This document shows, piece by piece, positions 38,810-47,968 of a stretch of 64,000 nucleotides of DNA. How positions within the stretch are numbered: the stretch's first letter is position 1; each line of letters starts with the position of its first letter. The position numbers and the translations under genes are program-made. A model generated the notes under the pieces. The model searched no databases. It saw only the letters and a list, made by a program, of their open reading frames with translations, and was not told the origin of the DNA. Source of the stretch: an uncultured Solirubrobacterales bacterium (GTDB taxonomy: Bacteria; Actinomycetota; Thermoleophilia; Solirubrobacterales; 70-9); the NCBI GenBank assembly GCA_903939845.1, contig CAJAIJ010000050.1, forward strand, positions 76,456 through 140,455, in the 5' to 3' direction.

Positions 38810-39713
38810 CGAAGGAAGCCAGCTCTGCGTTGAAGCTCTCGGGGCGCTCGATCTGGAGCATGTGCCCGGTGTCGTCGAGAATCGAAATGTCGGCGTGCTC
38901 CATCCTTTTCCTGTAGGCATAGGCAGCCTTTAGCGGAACCAGCCGGTCACGGGCGCCCCAGATCAAGAGCGTCGGCAGCTCTATCTCGGGCAGTCGATGC
39001 CGGGTGTCGTAACCGGCCATCGCGTAGGCGGCCTGAAGGGTTCCGGGCGAGCGGGTCCCGTAGGAGATCAGCTCCCACAGGATCTCGGTCCCGATCCGGT
39101 TCGGGTGGGCAACGAAGGTCCGAAGCTGAGTGGCGCGCACCCTCGGACGGGTCAGGCCTCTGGTCGCATGATCGGAGCCGATCGGCAGGTCCAGGGCCAT
39201 CAGCAGTCGGGTCAGGTCCTTCCTGCTCTTCGGAACGTGGGCAACTGACACTCCGGCCGCCGCAGCAAGGCAGATCGACTGGAATCGATCAGGAGCTTCG
39301 AGCACGGCCTCGGTCGCGATGAGTCCGCCCATCGAATGTCCGACGATCCCGGTGTCCCGACCGAGGTTGAGCTCGTCGGCCAGCCGGACCAGCAGATCTC
39401 CGTAGCCCGGCATCGAGATGGGCTTCTCCGGCAGGGGGCTGTTGCCGAAGCCAGGCAGGTCGACAGCCACCACACGGTGGCGATCAGAGAGATAGGGAAT
39501 GTTCTCGAGCCAGTTGCGCCAGCTCCCGGCAAGACCGTGGATAAGGAGGAGCGGAGCTCCCGATCCCACATCCACGTATTCGACCTCGGACCTTCCAAGC
39601 TCGGATTCGATCTCGATGGTTCGGATCTCGGCAGCCCAGTCGATCTCGAGCCACCTCCCGTCGGAGCGGCCGTAGTCGTCTGGTGAATCGGTTTCCTGCC
39701 TCGGTGTCGTCAT
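38751..39713 (-). CDS. alpha/beta fold hydrolase
   Basis: PLLLIHGLAGSWRNW...DLPGFGNSP...GHSMGG. ATG 39713 is preceded by GAAGGAAGGAGA. Confidence 0.85.
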   Translation of the reverse strand: MTTPRQETDSPDDYGRSDGRWLEIDWAAEIRTIEIESELGRSEVEYVDVGSGAPLLLIHGLAGSWRNWLENIPYLSDRHRVVAVDLPGFGNSPLPEKPISMPGYGDLLVRLADELNLGRDTGIVGHSMGGLIATEAVLEAPDRFQSICLAAAAGVSVAHVPKSRKDLTRLLMALDLPIGSDHATRGLTRPRVRATQLRTFVAHPNRIGTEILWELISYGTRSPGTLQAAYAMAGYDTRHRLPEIELPTLLIWGARDRLVPLKAAYAYRKRMEHADISILDDTGHMLQIERPESFNAELASFVSRHEPRGEALLPPPRPEG

Positions 39714-39786
39714 CCGTCTCCTTCCTTCAAACCCGGAACCGCGATGACGATACCCGCAGAGGGTCGACAGTTGGAACAATCATCAG

Positions 39787-40917
39787 ATGGGCGCAACGGA
39801 AAGGGGTGCTGCACGCCGGGTCCTGATCACCGGGCTGTCGACCTACTGGGGGGGTCGCCTTGCGGCCGCGCTCGAGGCGGACGACCGCATCGAGGCCATA
39901 ATCGGGGTCGACGTTCGCGAGCCGACCAGAGAGCTGGACCGGACCGAGTTCGTCAAGGTCGGTGCCGAGCACACCTTGATCGAGAAGATCGTCCGGGCGG
40001 CCGAAATCGAGACCGTGATCGATACCCGAATGATCGTGGACTCCGTCGCTGCACCGGCCGACACCTCGCCCGAGGGCATTCACGAGCACAATGTGATCGG
40101 CACGCTCAACATCCTCGCCGCCTGCTCTGCGGGCGGATCCCCGGTCGAGCGCCTGATCTTCAAGAGCTCCGGGCACTGGTACGGATCGGCCCAGGACGAT
40201 CCGGCCTTCTTCGCGGAGGATATGAAGCGGACCCACCGCCCCCGAACCGGGATCGAGCTGGATGTGGTCGAGGCCGAAGAGGCAGTGTCTGCCTTCCGGG
40301 TCCGTCGACCCGAGGTCGACGTGACCGTCTTGAGGTTCGCGAACGTCCTCGGAAAAGAGGTCGACAGCTCCCATGTGAGATTGCTTTCCCTGCCCGCGGT
40401 GCCGATGATCACCGGGTTCGACCCCCGCTACCAGTTCGTCGACGAGGAGGACGTCGTCCACGCCCTCGAGCACGTGGCGTCGAGGAGGCTGCCCGGAACC
40501 TTCAATGTTGCCGCCGACGGCGTCCTGGCTTTCACCGAGGTCGTCGATCTCCTCGATCGACACCCACTGCCGGTGATCACCCCATGGGGCACAGGCGCGG
40601 CCTGCAGCGCCTTGAGGAGGCTCGGGATCCCGATTTCGGCCGAGATGGTCAACCAGTTGAGGTTCGGTCGCGGAATGGACAACCGGCTTCTCAAGGCGAC
40701 CGGCTTCCATTACCGACACACGACCAGGGAGACCGTCCTGCGACTGCGGGACCGGCTCAGACTGGCCCCGGTCGCCAAGGGTGTGAAGAACCCTTATCGC
40801 TACGAACCGGAAGTCGAAGAGTTCCTGAGGCGCAGCCCGAGCGTGTCGAGGAGCCGGCGGGGTTCTTCCGCGGGCGAGGATGAAGCACTCTTCGAACCCT
40901 CACCGCCAGTCGAATAG
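39787..40917 (+). CDS. NAD-dependent epimerase/dehydratase family (SDR) protein
   Basis: VLITGLSTYWGGRLAAAL Rossmann start; 376 aa. Confidence 0.8.
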   Translation: MGATERGAARRVLITGLSTYWGGRLAAALEADDRIEAIIGVDVREPTRELDRTEFVKVGAEHTLIEKIVRAAEIETVIDTRMIVDSVAAPADTSPEGIHEHNVIGTLNILAACSAGGSPVERLIFKSSGHWYGSAQDDPAFFAEDMKRTHRPRTGIELDVVEAEEAVSAFRVRRPEVDVTVLRFANVLGKEVDSSHVRLLSLPAVPMITGFDPRYQFVDEEDVVHALEHVASRRLPGTFNVAADGVLAFTEVVDLLDRHPLPVITPWGTGAACSALRRLGIPISAEMVNQLRFGRGMDNRLLKATGFHYRHTTRETVLRLRDRLRLAPVAKGVKNPYRYEPEVEEFLRRSPSVSRSRRGSSAGEDEALFEPSPPVE

Positions 40918-40965
40918 GGAGGATCCGGGCGGCACCCGGTCGCTCTGAATGGATGTTTGCGGGCG

Positions 40966-40998
40966 CTCTCCTGCCCGGACCGGGCAGGAGAGCCATTT
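40966..40998 (+). terminator. candidate terminator hairpin after the epimerase gene
   Basis: Perfect 13-nt inverted repeat CTCTCCTGCCCGG a CCGGGCAGGAGAG, then CCATTT (weak T-tract). Confidence 0.5.
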
Positions 40999-41049
40999 AC
41001 ACTCTCGAAAAGGACCGAATGCGCCTCTATTCTCGGGTCAAGAGGACGG

Positions 41050-42102
41050 ATGAGGAAAATGATGGGTAGGAAGTCACGGGTTGTCATAGCGGTCACTTTC
41101 GCGGCCCTCGCACTGGGCGCGGTAGCTGCCTACGGATACGACCAGTCACGAAAGCACCTGATCGCCGATGGCGTGGAGGCCAGCGGGGTTGCGCTCGGAG
41201 GTCTCGATCAGGCCCAGGCCACCCGGCTTCTGCGCAAGAAGGTCGTCGATCCGCAGAAAAGACCGTTGAAGGTCCGGGTCGGCAAAGAGGAGTTCGTGCT
41301 GCCGGCCAAAGACCTGCGGGTCCGTGCCGATGTCGATGGGACCGTCGAGCAAGCACTGGAGGCCAGTCGCGAGGGATCCCTTCCGGAGCGGGTGTTTCGG
41401 TACGTGACCGGATCCGCTCCGAACCGTGACCTCACGGTCGAAGTGTCGTGGTCGAAGCCTGCGGTCAACCAGTTCGTTCGTGACGTAGCGGCCGAAACCA
41501 ATCGCGATCCGGTCGACGCAACCGTCGCACCCGGACCCGACTCCCTCACGGTCGTCGACGAAGAGAACGGCCTGAAGCTCAGGGATCGGCTGTTGGACAG
41601 GGGCCTGAAGTCGACCCTGGCCTCGGGCAGCGCCCGTCGGACCATCGTCGCCAGGACCAGAGTCCTGAAGCCGGAAGTGACCCGTGGCGAGGTCACATCG
41701 TCCTATCCCACGTACATCACGATCAGCAAGGCCTCCTACACCCTCACCCTCTGGAAGGACCTCGAAGCGACGGTGTCCTATCCGGTTGCGGTCGGGTCTG
41801 CCGAATACCCGACACCGAACGGACTCTTTTCGATCCAGAGCATGCAGGTCGATCCACCCTGGAACGTTCCGAACTCGGACTGGGCCGGAGATCTGGCCGG
41901 AACGACCATCCCGGGAGGCTCTCCCGAGAACCCGCTGGTTGCACGATGGATGGGGGTTTCGGGTTCGGTCGGTATCCATGGAACCTCCTCGACCTCCTCA
42001 CTCGGGTCATCTGCATCTCACGGATGCATCCGGATGTCGCCCACCGACGTGATCGCCCTCTACGACCAGGTCGATGTCGGGACTCCCGTCTACATCGGGT
42101 GA
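41050..42102 (+). CDS. L,D-transpeptidase (YkuD domain) with N-terminal membrane anchor
   Basis: ATG 41050 ([29 protein letters not shown]). C-terminal catalytic GIHGT...SHGCIRM. Confidence 0.85.
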   Translation: MRKMMGRKSRVVIAVTFAALALGAVAAYGYDQSRKHLIADGVEASGVALGGLDQAQATRLLRKKVVDPQKRPLKVRVGKEEFVLPAKDLRVRADVDGTVEQALEASREGSLPERVFRYVTGSAPNRDLTVEVSWSKPAVNQFVRDVAAETNRDPVDATVAPGPDSLTVVDEENGLKLRDRLLDRGLKSTLASGSARRTIVARTRVLKPEVTRGEVTSSYPTYITISKASYTLTLWKDLEATVSYPVAVGSAEYPTPNGLFSIQSMQVDPPWNVPNSDWAGDLAGTTIPGGSPENPLVARWMGVSGSVGIHGTSSTSSLGSSASHGCIRMSPTDVIALYDQVDVGTPVYIG

Positions 42103-43006
42103 GGCAGACGACCGGGAGTCCGACTGGCACTCCCTGGTCGCCCTCTACGAAAGGGACCTGAGGGCTGCATCTGCTGCCGATCGGACCGTTCGGGCCTATC
42201 GTCGGGACCTCCTCCAGTTCGGGGAGTGGTGTGAGGAACGGGCAGTGGAACCCTCCCGGGTCAAGCATCGGGATGTGAGGCTCTTCGCGGCGTCCCTCTC
42301 GGCCGACGGGATGTCCCCGGCGACCGTTGCGCGGAAGCTGGCCTCTCTCCGTGGGATGTTCGGATTCCTCCGGAGGACAGGAAGGGTTGCCCAGAACCCT
42401 GCCGACCTCGTCTCGGCCCCGAAGGCGGGCCGGAAGCTCCCCAGAGTGATGACGGTGGACCAGATCGATGCCCTGCTGGAGTCCCTTCCTTTCGATACCC
42501 CCCTCGAGATGCGCGACCGGGCAATGTTCGAACTGGCCTACTCCTCCGGGCTCAGGAGCGAAGAGCTGGTCGACCTCGACCTGGACTCGGTAGATCTCGA
42601 CGGGATGTCGGTGAGAGCCATCGGCAAGGGCTCTCGCCACAGGCAGATTCCGCTGGGTGGACCGGCCGCCGAAGCCGTCTCGACCTGGCTCGATCGCGGC
42701 AGGCCCGAGCTCGTTTCGAGTCCGTCCGAGAGGGCCCTTTTCGTGTCACGCAGTGGCCGCAGGCTCTCGACCTCCGACGTGGCCCGGAGGCTCGCCGTCC
42801 GGGTGAGGCAGGCAGCAGCATCGGCCGGTATCTCTCCACATGATCTGCGTCACTCCTTCGCCACGCATCTGCTCGAGGGAGGGGCAGATCTGAGGTCGAT
42901 ACAGGAGCTGCTCGGACACAGCTCGATCTCGACCACCCAGGTCTACACCCACCTCGACTCTGCCCGCCTGAGGGACGCTTACTCGGGCAGTCACCCGAGG
43001 GCCTGA
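42074..43006 (+). CDS. xerC: tyrosine recombinase XerC/XerD
   Basis: [13 protein letters not shown]..., [53 protein letters not shown]. Confidence 0.88.
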   Translation: MSGLPSTSGEADDRESDWHSLVALYERDLRAASAADRTVRAYRRDLLQFGEWCEERAVEPSRVKHRDVRLFAASLSADGMSPATVARKLASLRGMFGFLRRTGRVAQNPADLVSAPKAGRKLPRVMTVDQIDALLESLPFDTPLEMRDRAMFELAYSSGLRSEELVDLDLDSVDLDGMSVRAIGKGSRHRQIPLGGPAAEAVSTWLDRGRPELVSSPSERALFVSRSGRRLSTSDVARRLAVRVRQAAASAGISPHDLRHSFATHLLEGGADLRSIQELLGHSSISTTQVYTHLDSARLRDAYSGSHPRA

Positions 43007-43024
43007 GCCTCTGCCGACAACAGT

Positions 43025-43030
43025 TAGGGT
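43025..43030 (+). promoter_or_regulatory. -10-like TAGGGT box 6 nt upstream of the RNase H GTG (leaderless candidate)
   Basis: TANNNT hexamer, 6-nt spacer. Confidence 0.4.
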
Positions 43031-43036
43031 TGCCCG

Positions 43037-43447
43037 GTGAAGCTGACCGTGAACGTCGATGGAGGTGCGAGGGGAAACCCCGGTCCTGCCGCGATCGGAG
43101 TCGTCGTCCGCGACTCCGATGGAGGGATCCTCGCGACCGTCTCCGAGACCATCGGTGAGGCGACCAACAACGTGGCCGAGTATCGGGCACTCATCGCCGG
43201 TATCGAGCAGGCCAGACTCCTCGGAGCCGATCGGCTCGAGCTCTTCGGTGACTCAGAGCTCGTCGTAAAGCAGGTCAGGGGTGAATACAAGGTCAAGAAT
43301 GCCGGCATCAGGCCACTTCATGCCGAAGTGGTCGAGGCGCTCAAGGGTTTCGGGGACTGGTCGATCGATCACGTTCGTCGCGAGCAGAACGCCGACGCCG
43401 ACGCGCTCGTCAACGACGCGCTCGACGGACGAGAATCATCGCTTTGA
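43037..43447 (+). CDS. RNase H (type 1) family protein
   Basis: VDGGARGNPGPAAIG...TNNVAEYRALI...GDSELVVKQ...REQNADADALVN (DEDD residues). GTG start 6 nt after a TAGGGT box. Confidence 0.8.
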   Translation: MKLTVNVDGGARGNPGPAAIGVVVRDSDGGILATVSETIGEATNNVAEYRALIAGIEQARLLGADRLELFGDSELVVKQVRGEYKVKNAGIRPLHAEVVEALKGFGDWSIDHVRREQNADADALVNDALDGRESSL

Positions 43448-43490
43448 CCGCCGACACCAAGTCGATCGAAGCCAGTAGTGAGATGAAGCC

Positions 43491-43991
43491 ATGACCGAGT
43501 CGGTGGAGAGGAATCTGGATCCCCGTGTGACTATCGGGCACGTCCATCTCAAGGTGGCAGACCTCGATCGCGCACTCGCCTTCTATTGCGGGATTCTCGG
43601 TTTCGAGCTGATCACGACCTACGGGGATGAGGCCGCATTCATCTCGGCCGGTGGATACCACCACCACATCGGTCTGAACACCTGGGAGTCTGCCGGGGGT
43701 AGTCCACCTCCGCCCGGCTCGACCGGCCTCTTTCATCTCGCAGTCCTCTACCCGGACAGAGACTCTCTCGCCGATGCCATGAACAGGCTCGATCGCGCCG
43801 GTTGGCCCTTGACCGGTGCATCCGATCACGGGGTTTCGGAGGCTCTCTATACAGAGGATCCCGATCGGAACGGGGTAGAGCTCTACCGGGACCGACCCGA
43901 GGACGAGTGGCCCAGGGATGCAGAGGGCCGGATAGTGATGTACACCCGGCCCCTCGACCTCGAGGCCCTGGCTGGAGGAACGATCCTCTGA
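43491..43991 (+). CDS. VOC (glyoxalase / extradiol dioxygenase-like) family protein
   Basis: IGHVHLKVADLDRALAFYCGILGFEL...GGYHHHIGLNTW...FHLAV. Confidence 0.8.
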   Translation: MTESVERNLDPRVTIGHVHLKVADLDRALAFYCGILGFELITTYGDEAAFISAGGYHHHIGLNTWESAGGSPPPPGSTGLFHLAVLYPDRDSLADAMNRLDRAGWPLTGASDHGVSEALYTEDPDRNGVELYRDRPEDEWPRDAEGRIVMYTRPLDLEALAGGTIL

Positions 43992-44030
43992 CGCCGCCAG
44001 GAGGTCTCATCTCATTCCGGCCTACTCCGG

Positions 44031-45794
44031 TTAGCCGACGGAACTTATTTCGTAAAGCGTCTGCGTTCCGCTTATCTCGTAGGTGACCAGAATGGCCGGG
44101 TTACCAGAGGGGCTGTCAGCGGCCCTGATGAACTGAATCCCCTCGGGGCCCAAGTCGGCTTCTCTCGTGTTGATCCACCCTTCGAATGATGGATTCCTCG
44201 GGTCGGAGCCGACGTCGAAGGCATAGACCATCCCCGACCTTTCGGCGGCGACAAACGAGTAGATCTCCCTCCCAATCCATCCGGTCGTAATTGCCTCGGG
44301 CTCGGGACCCTTGTTGTCGGAGCGATCGTCGACCGGGCTCCCTGCCGTGTTGGACTTGTTGAAGTTGGCGGGGTCGAGCGCGAGTGAGAGCTGCTCGAGC
44401 TGGTCGCCAGTATCGGCAACCATGGCTCCGTCTCTGTCGAGCACCGACATCGACCGACCTCCCAAGGTGTAGAGATCCTCGTAACTCGAACCGACCTTGC
44501 CAAGGGTCTTGGTCACGTTCAGCCGCCCGAGCTCTTTATTGCCCTTTGCCGTCCCGCTGAAGTTGCCAGCCAGACTGAGAGCCGAGACTCGGCTCTCCTC
44601 ACTGTAGAAGGGCCAGTCCCGCGCATCGCCCTCGTTCGCTGTGACTACGAACTCGGTTTGGGCCGATGCCCTGCCTTCGGCACGGATCAGGTCTCTCTCG
44701 GCGTTCTCGGCGCGAATCCGGGCGCCCCTGGCCCACGAAATGGACCTACCGGCAGCGCGTGCCAGCTCGTAAGCACTGTTACCCGCTGCCGCTATCCGGC
44801 CTTTACCGTTCCTGAGGGCCGTCCTCTCGGCGGAGTCGATAATTTGGTCGGCGTTGGGCACCCTAAATGCCGATATGGCATCGGGTTGATACATCCCGAA
44901 GAGGTGTTCATGAGTTCGGATGTTCGGAGTGGGTGCCCACGGAGAGGATCCGTCTGGGTCGTCCCTATCGCTGGCATCAAGGCCATTGCCGGGGATCGAG
45001 TGGTCCTTGAAACCAAGGCTCCGAACCTCGGAGAAAGAGGCAGACTGGATGTTGAGGATCCCGACGGCGTTTGCTTCCTGGATCGAAACCCAGGCGCGGT
45101 TGCCGAGCGTGGTGATGTATTCAGGCTCGAGGTCCTGCTCAGTCGTAGCGCCCGGCAGGAAGATTCTTGTCGACGGATCGATTGGAACGCCGTTGAAGGT
45201 TGCCTCCCGGACCAACGCCTGCGCCGGGTTTCCCTTGGCGGAACGAAGATCGATTACCGTCACCGAGCCGGGTGGGTCGAGGGCTAGCGCGCTGCCGGAT
45301 GCCCTCGGCTCGCCCTCGTTAGCGGCAAGGATGGTCAGTCCTCCGTGGGCAGTAGTGACCATGTCGGGTTGCCAGCCCGCCTGGTAGGAGTGGATGTGAC
45401 GACCCGAGAGGGAGAAGATCTCGATCGTTCCTCGCAGGAGACCGTTCTCGATGGCTACGGCGATGGCGCCACCGAAGGCCGGAGTAAAGGTGACGCTGTT
45501 GGGCCCGACCCCGAACGACGAAAGGGGTATGGAGAACAGAAAAGTTGGGTTAGCGGGGCTTGCCCAGGAAAAAACATCGATCTCGTTGTTGGCGGAGTCG
45601 GTTGCGTAGGACCGATCGTTTTTCGGCACGAAGACCGAGATCTCGGCGGTGGCCTCGATGCCTTCGTCGGCTGCCCTGCCTACCGGGTTGAATGTCAGGT
45701 CGTAGCCATTGGCCAGAGCTTGACCGGGCAGCATCAATGCCACGAGGGAGAGGACGAAAAGGAACGAGAGAGATGTCTTGCGATTTCTGTTCAT
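44031..45794 (-). CDS. secreted beta-propeller-like protein, choice-of-anchor I family-like
   Basis: Signal peptide (LSFLFVLSLVALMLPGQALA/NG). QPDMVT...LAANEGEP, LEPEYIT, LDASDRD, MYQPDAISAF, VTANEGDARDW. The family assignment is from memory of these motifs. Composition is visibly less GC-rich than its neighbours. Confidence 0.55.
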   Translation of the reverse strand: MNRNRKTSLSFLFVLSLVALMLPGQALANGYDLTFNPVGRAADEGIEATAEISVFVPKNDRSYATDSANNEIDVFSWASPANPTFLFSIPLSSFGVGPNSVTFTPAFGGAIAVAIENGLLRGTIEIFSLSGRHIHSYQAGWQPDMVTTAHGGLTILAANEGEPRASGSALALDPPGSVTVIDLRSAKGNPAQALVREATFNGVPIDPSTRIFLPGATTEQDLEPEYITTLGNRAWVSIQEANAVGILNIQSASFSEVRSLGFKDHSIPGNGLDASDRDDPDGSSPWAPTPNIRTHEHLFGMYQPDAISAFRVPNADQIIDSAERTALRNGKGRIAAAGNSAYELARAAGRSISWARGARIRAENAERDLIRAEGRASAQTEFVVTANEGDARDWPFYSEESRVSALSLAGNFSGTAKGNKELGRLNVTKTLGKVGSSYEDLYTLGGRSMSVLDRDGAMVADTGDQLEQLSLALDPANFNKSNTAGSPVDDRSDNKGPEPEAITTGWIGREIYSFVAAERSGMVYAFDVGSDPRNPSFEGWINTREADLGPEGIQFIRAADSPSGNPAILVTYEISGTQTLYEISSVG

Positions 45795-45979
45795 GGTCGG
45801 ATGAAATCGTCTTGTGGGGCACGAGCAGTTACCGTCTCGTGTCTGATTCGTGACTTTTTGTAAAAGGGCGGGAGGGGACAGCTAACCCTTCGTCCGGGCG
45901 AGCGCTTCGGAGTGATCCGGCCGGTCAAGACTGCATGGCTGCACCGCACCTCTTGCTGCCCTACGAGTTGAGCAGGCGG

Positions 45980-45985
45980 TAGCAT
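45980..45985 (+). promoter_or_regulatory. -10-like TAGCAT box 9 nt upstream of tRNA-Gly
   Basis: TANNNT hexamer. Similar TAGGCT boxes lie at 46359-46364 and 47878-47883, upstream of the two tRNA-Val copies. Confidence 0.4.
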
Positions 45986-45994
45986 TGCCACCAT

Positions 45995-46068
45995 GCGGCT
46001 GTAGCTCAGTTGGCTAGAGCGTCTGCTTGCCATGCAGAAGGTCGTGGGTTCGAATCCCATCAGCCGCT
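45995..46068 (+). tRNA. tRNA-Gly (anticodon GCC)
   Basis: Hand-folded cloverleaf: acceptor GCGGCTG/CAGCCGC, D stem GCTC/GAGC, anticodon stem TCTGC/GCAGA with loop TTGCCAT, T arm GTGGG-TTCGAAT-CCCAT. No encoded CCA. Confidence 0.9.
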
Positions 46069-46103
46069 TGCCTGACCCGGCCGGGGTGCCGCAGGTCAAG
46101 CCC

Positions 46104-46174
46104 GGCGCCTTGGCGGAGTGGCTACGCAGCGGCCTGCAAAGCCGTTTACACCGGTTCGATTCCGGTAGGCGCCT
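46104..46174 (+). tRNA. tRNA-Cys (anticodon GCA)
   Basis: Acceptor GGCGCCT/AGGCGCC, anticodon stem GCGGC/GCCGT with loop CTGCAAA, 4-nt variable loop, T arm ACCGG-TTCGATT-CCGGT, discriminator U73. Confidence 0.9.
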
Positions 46175-46374
46175 TCTTGGGCAACTCTCGACGCCTGGGT
46201 AACGCGCATGCCTCCGAGGGTGAGGGCCTGGGTTGCCGCATCGTCGAGGCAGCCAGTCTCGCTCAGCCCCAACCCTGACGACGATTGCCGACCGCGGCCG
46301 CATGGGTGGTCGGATCATTCCCGCGAGTCCCGGCAGGCAGCCGTGTCGGCAGCGTTGGTAGGCTCCGCGGTCCC

Positions 46375-46447
46375 GGGCGCATAGCTCAGTTGGAAGAGCG
46401 CCAGCTCGACACGCTGGAGGTCACTGGTTCGAGCCCAGTTGCGCCCA
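46375..46447 (+). tRNA. tRNA-Val (anticodon GAC), copy 1, C at position 33
   Basis: Acceptor GGGCGCA/TGCGCCC, D stem GCTC/GAGC, anticodon stem CCAGC/GCTGG with loop TCGACAC, T arm ACTGG-TTCGAGC-CCAGT, A73. Confidence 0.9.
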
Positions 46448-46452
46448 TCGAA
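46375..46452 (+). repeat. direct repeat, left copy (tRNA-Val plus TCGAA)
   Basis: 78 nt identical to 47896-47973. The flanks (about 35 nt upstream including a TAGGCT box, about 10 nt downstream) are similar but diverged. Confidence 0.85.
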
Positions 46453-46571
46453 ACCCCGTTGGAATGCGAGGTGGTTTGACGCCAGCTGAAGACGACGGGG
46501 TCAATGACACGAAGTAGACCATTCGAGGCCGCTTTGGCAAACGGCTCGGTCGCTGAGTTCGTCAAGCCCCG

Positions 46572-46889
46572 TTGGGGAGGCCCCCACCAGAGGCAACGCT
46601 CCCAGGTCTAGTGGCCCCCTTCCTGCTCGACGAGTCCCAAATGGACGGGATTCGCCAGGACGTCGAGGCTTTCCGGGAGGAAGAGGTCCAGACCCCTGAA
46701 TTCGCCAGGGTCTCGGCCGGTAAGGAGATCGGTCACAGGATCGCGGATATGGTCGATGAGACGACGACCGGGCATCTCAGGCAGACAGGGAAAAACGAAG
46801 TCCTTCATCAGAAGAAGGCCGACGGGTCGGATGCCAGCCGTTCGATGGAGACCCTTGGATTGGCGCGAATGGGATCTTCAATCCCGTAA
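46572..46889 (+). CDS. hypothetical ORF in the lower-GC insert (possibly a decayed gene fragment)
   Basis: 105-aa track ORF with a TTG start. No motif recognised. Adjacent protein-like stretches lie in other frames (46756-46977). Confidence 0.25.
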   Translation: MGRPPPEATLPGLVAPFLLDESQMDGIRQDVEAFREEEVQTPEFARVSAGKEIGHRIADMVDETTTGHLRQTGKNEVLHQKKADGSDASRSMETLGLARMGSSIP

Positions 46890-46952
46890 ACATCAAGGGG
46901 GAGAGTTCGGGAAGAATGGCCAGCTGAACCTTGTCCAGTTCAAAAAAGGGTC

Positions 46953-47387
46953 TTGTCAGCACTATCCCGGTGCCTGATCAACAGCTACTACCTCCTGATC
47001 ATGAAGATCGAGCAGAGGCCTGATGGCTATGTTCCTCACGTCTATCTCGTCGATATGTTGGACTTCCTCAACTTCACGGCGTTCGCCTCCGGGCCGGGTC
47101 AAATGATGCTCCGAGAAGCCCTTTTCTACTCGGGGGTCGATGAGCCTTACGAAGAGGGAAGGCACCATGTCTCTCGCCTGTCGCTAACCGAGAGGGCTTC
47201 CAGGCCTTTCGAGATGCTTGAGGCTGCGGATCCGACTCCAACTTTGGAGCGCGACAGGAAGCGCCTTACGATCGAGGCTTCGCAACCAGGCTCCGGCTAC
47301 AGGGAGCCGGACGAAATCAGCAGGGCCAGCAGGGAGATCGGCATGCCGAAGTCCCAGATCAGGATCAGGGTGTTGTTCGGCGCGTAG
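46953..47387 (+). CDS. hypothetical ORF in the lower-GC insert
   Basis: 144-aa track ORF. Third codon positions are mostly G/C by my count. Its 3' 91 nt overlap the convergent membrane-protein gene. No motif recognised. Confidence 0.3.
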   Translation: MSALSRCLINSYYLLIMKIEQRPDGYVPHVYLVDMLDFLNFTAFASGPGQMMLREALFYSGVDEPYEEGRHHVSRLSLTERASRPFEMLEAADPTPTLERDRKRLTIEASQPGSGYREPDEISRASREIGMPKSQIRIRVLFGA

Positions 47388-47761
47388 TTTTTCTGACGGA
47401 TTACCTCGATCAGGTGGTTCACACCGGCCAGGAAGAGGAAGGTGAAGGTGGGGAGGATGACCGCGATCCAGGCCTCTTTGCCGTTGCTCCCGGCGTAGAG
47501 GCAGGCGGCTCCGAGACCGAGCGAGACAAAGGCAATCTCGTACTGGAAGCCATTGGTCACCCAACCGATCGACTCAGCCGTCTTTTTCGCCAAAACCGAA
47601 TGCATGAAGGAAGAGACGAGGAAGATGATTCCCGTGAAGAAGAGCATCCAGCGCAACGCGTTCACGTCCCAGGCCTCGCCGGAGACGGCGCCCGGTGCCT
47701 CGGTGCCGGTGAGCGCGAGGATCCAGGCAACCACGAAAGTGATTGGAACCATCAATCCCAT
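47297..47761 (-). CDS. small integral membrane protein (about 5 TM helices), unknown function
   Basis: 154 aa. Hydrophobic helices VPITFVVAWILALTG, MLFFTGIIFLVSSFMHSVL, IAFVSLGLGAACLYAG, IAVILPTFTFLFLAGVNHLI, LILIWDFGMPISLLALLI. Confidence 0.55.
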   Translation of the reverse strand: MGLMVPITFVVAWILALTGTEAPGAVSGEAWDVNALRWMLFFTGIIFLVSSFMHSVLAKKTAESIGWVTNGFQYEIAFVSLGLGAACLYAGSNGKEAWIAVILPTFTFLFLAGVNHLIEVIRQKNYAPNNTLILIWDFGMPISLLALLISSGSL

Positions 47762-47895
47762 CGCTGCACCGCCGGCCCTGCTGGAACCGGCCCCCTCTTC
47801 GGCACGCCCCTCGATGACCCGAATCTAGCCGATGGCGAGATGCCTGTCCAGAGGGGAAGGTGGAGTGGCACCGCTGCTAGGCTGCCCTCGCCCGA

Positions 47896-47968
47896 GGGCG
47901 CATAGCTCAGTTGGAAGAGCGCCAGCTCGACACGCTGGAGGTCACTGGTTCGAGCCCAGTTGCGCCCA
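47896..47968 (+). tRNA. tRNA-Val (anticodon GAC), copy 2, identical to copy 1
   Basis: Base-for-base identical to 46375-46447 by my comparison, including the TCGACAC anticodon loop. Confidence 0.9.

Noticed and set aside
42074-43006. Tyrosine recombinase as the integrase of a mobile element near the tRNA cluster
   Set aside because: The sequence has the XerC/XerD-type N- and C-terminal motifs. It lies 3 kb from the tRNAs with unrelated genes between. It is not adjacent to either tRNA-Val repeat, so it is most simply the chromosomal dimer-resolution recombinase.
45821-45846. Inverted repeat CACGAG-N10-CTCGTG upstream of the choice-of-anchor-I-like gene as an operator
   Set aside because: It is only a 6-bp stem with no second copy or adjacent regulator gene. 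The evidence is insufficient.
45791-46318. 175-aa minus-strand ORF across the tRNA cluster
   Set aside because: It overlaps tRNA-Gly and tRNA-Cys and has no motifs. It is an ORF-caller artefact.
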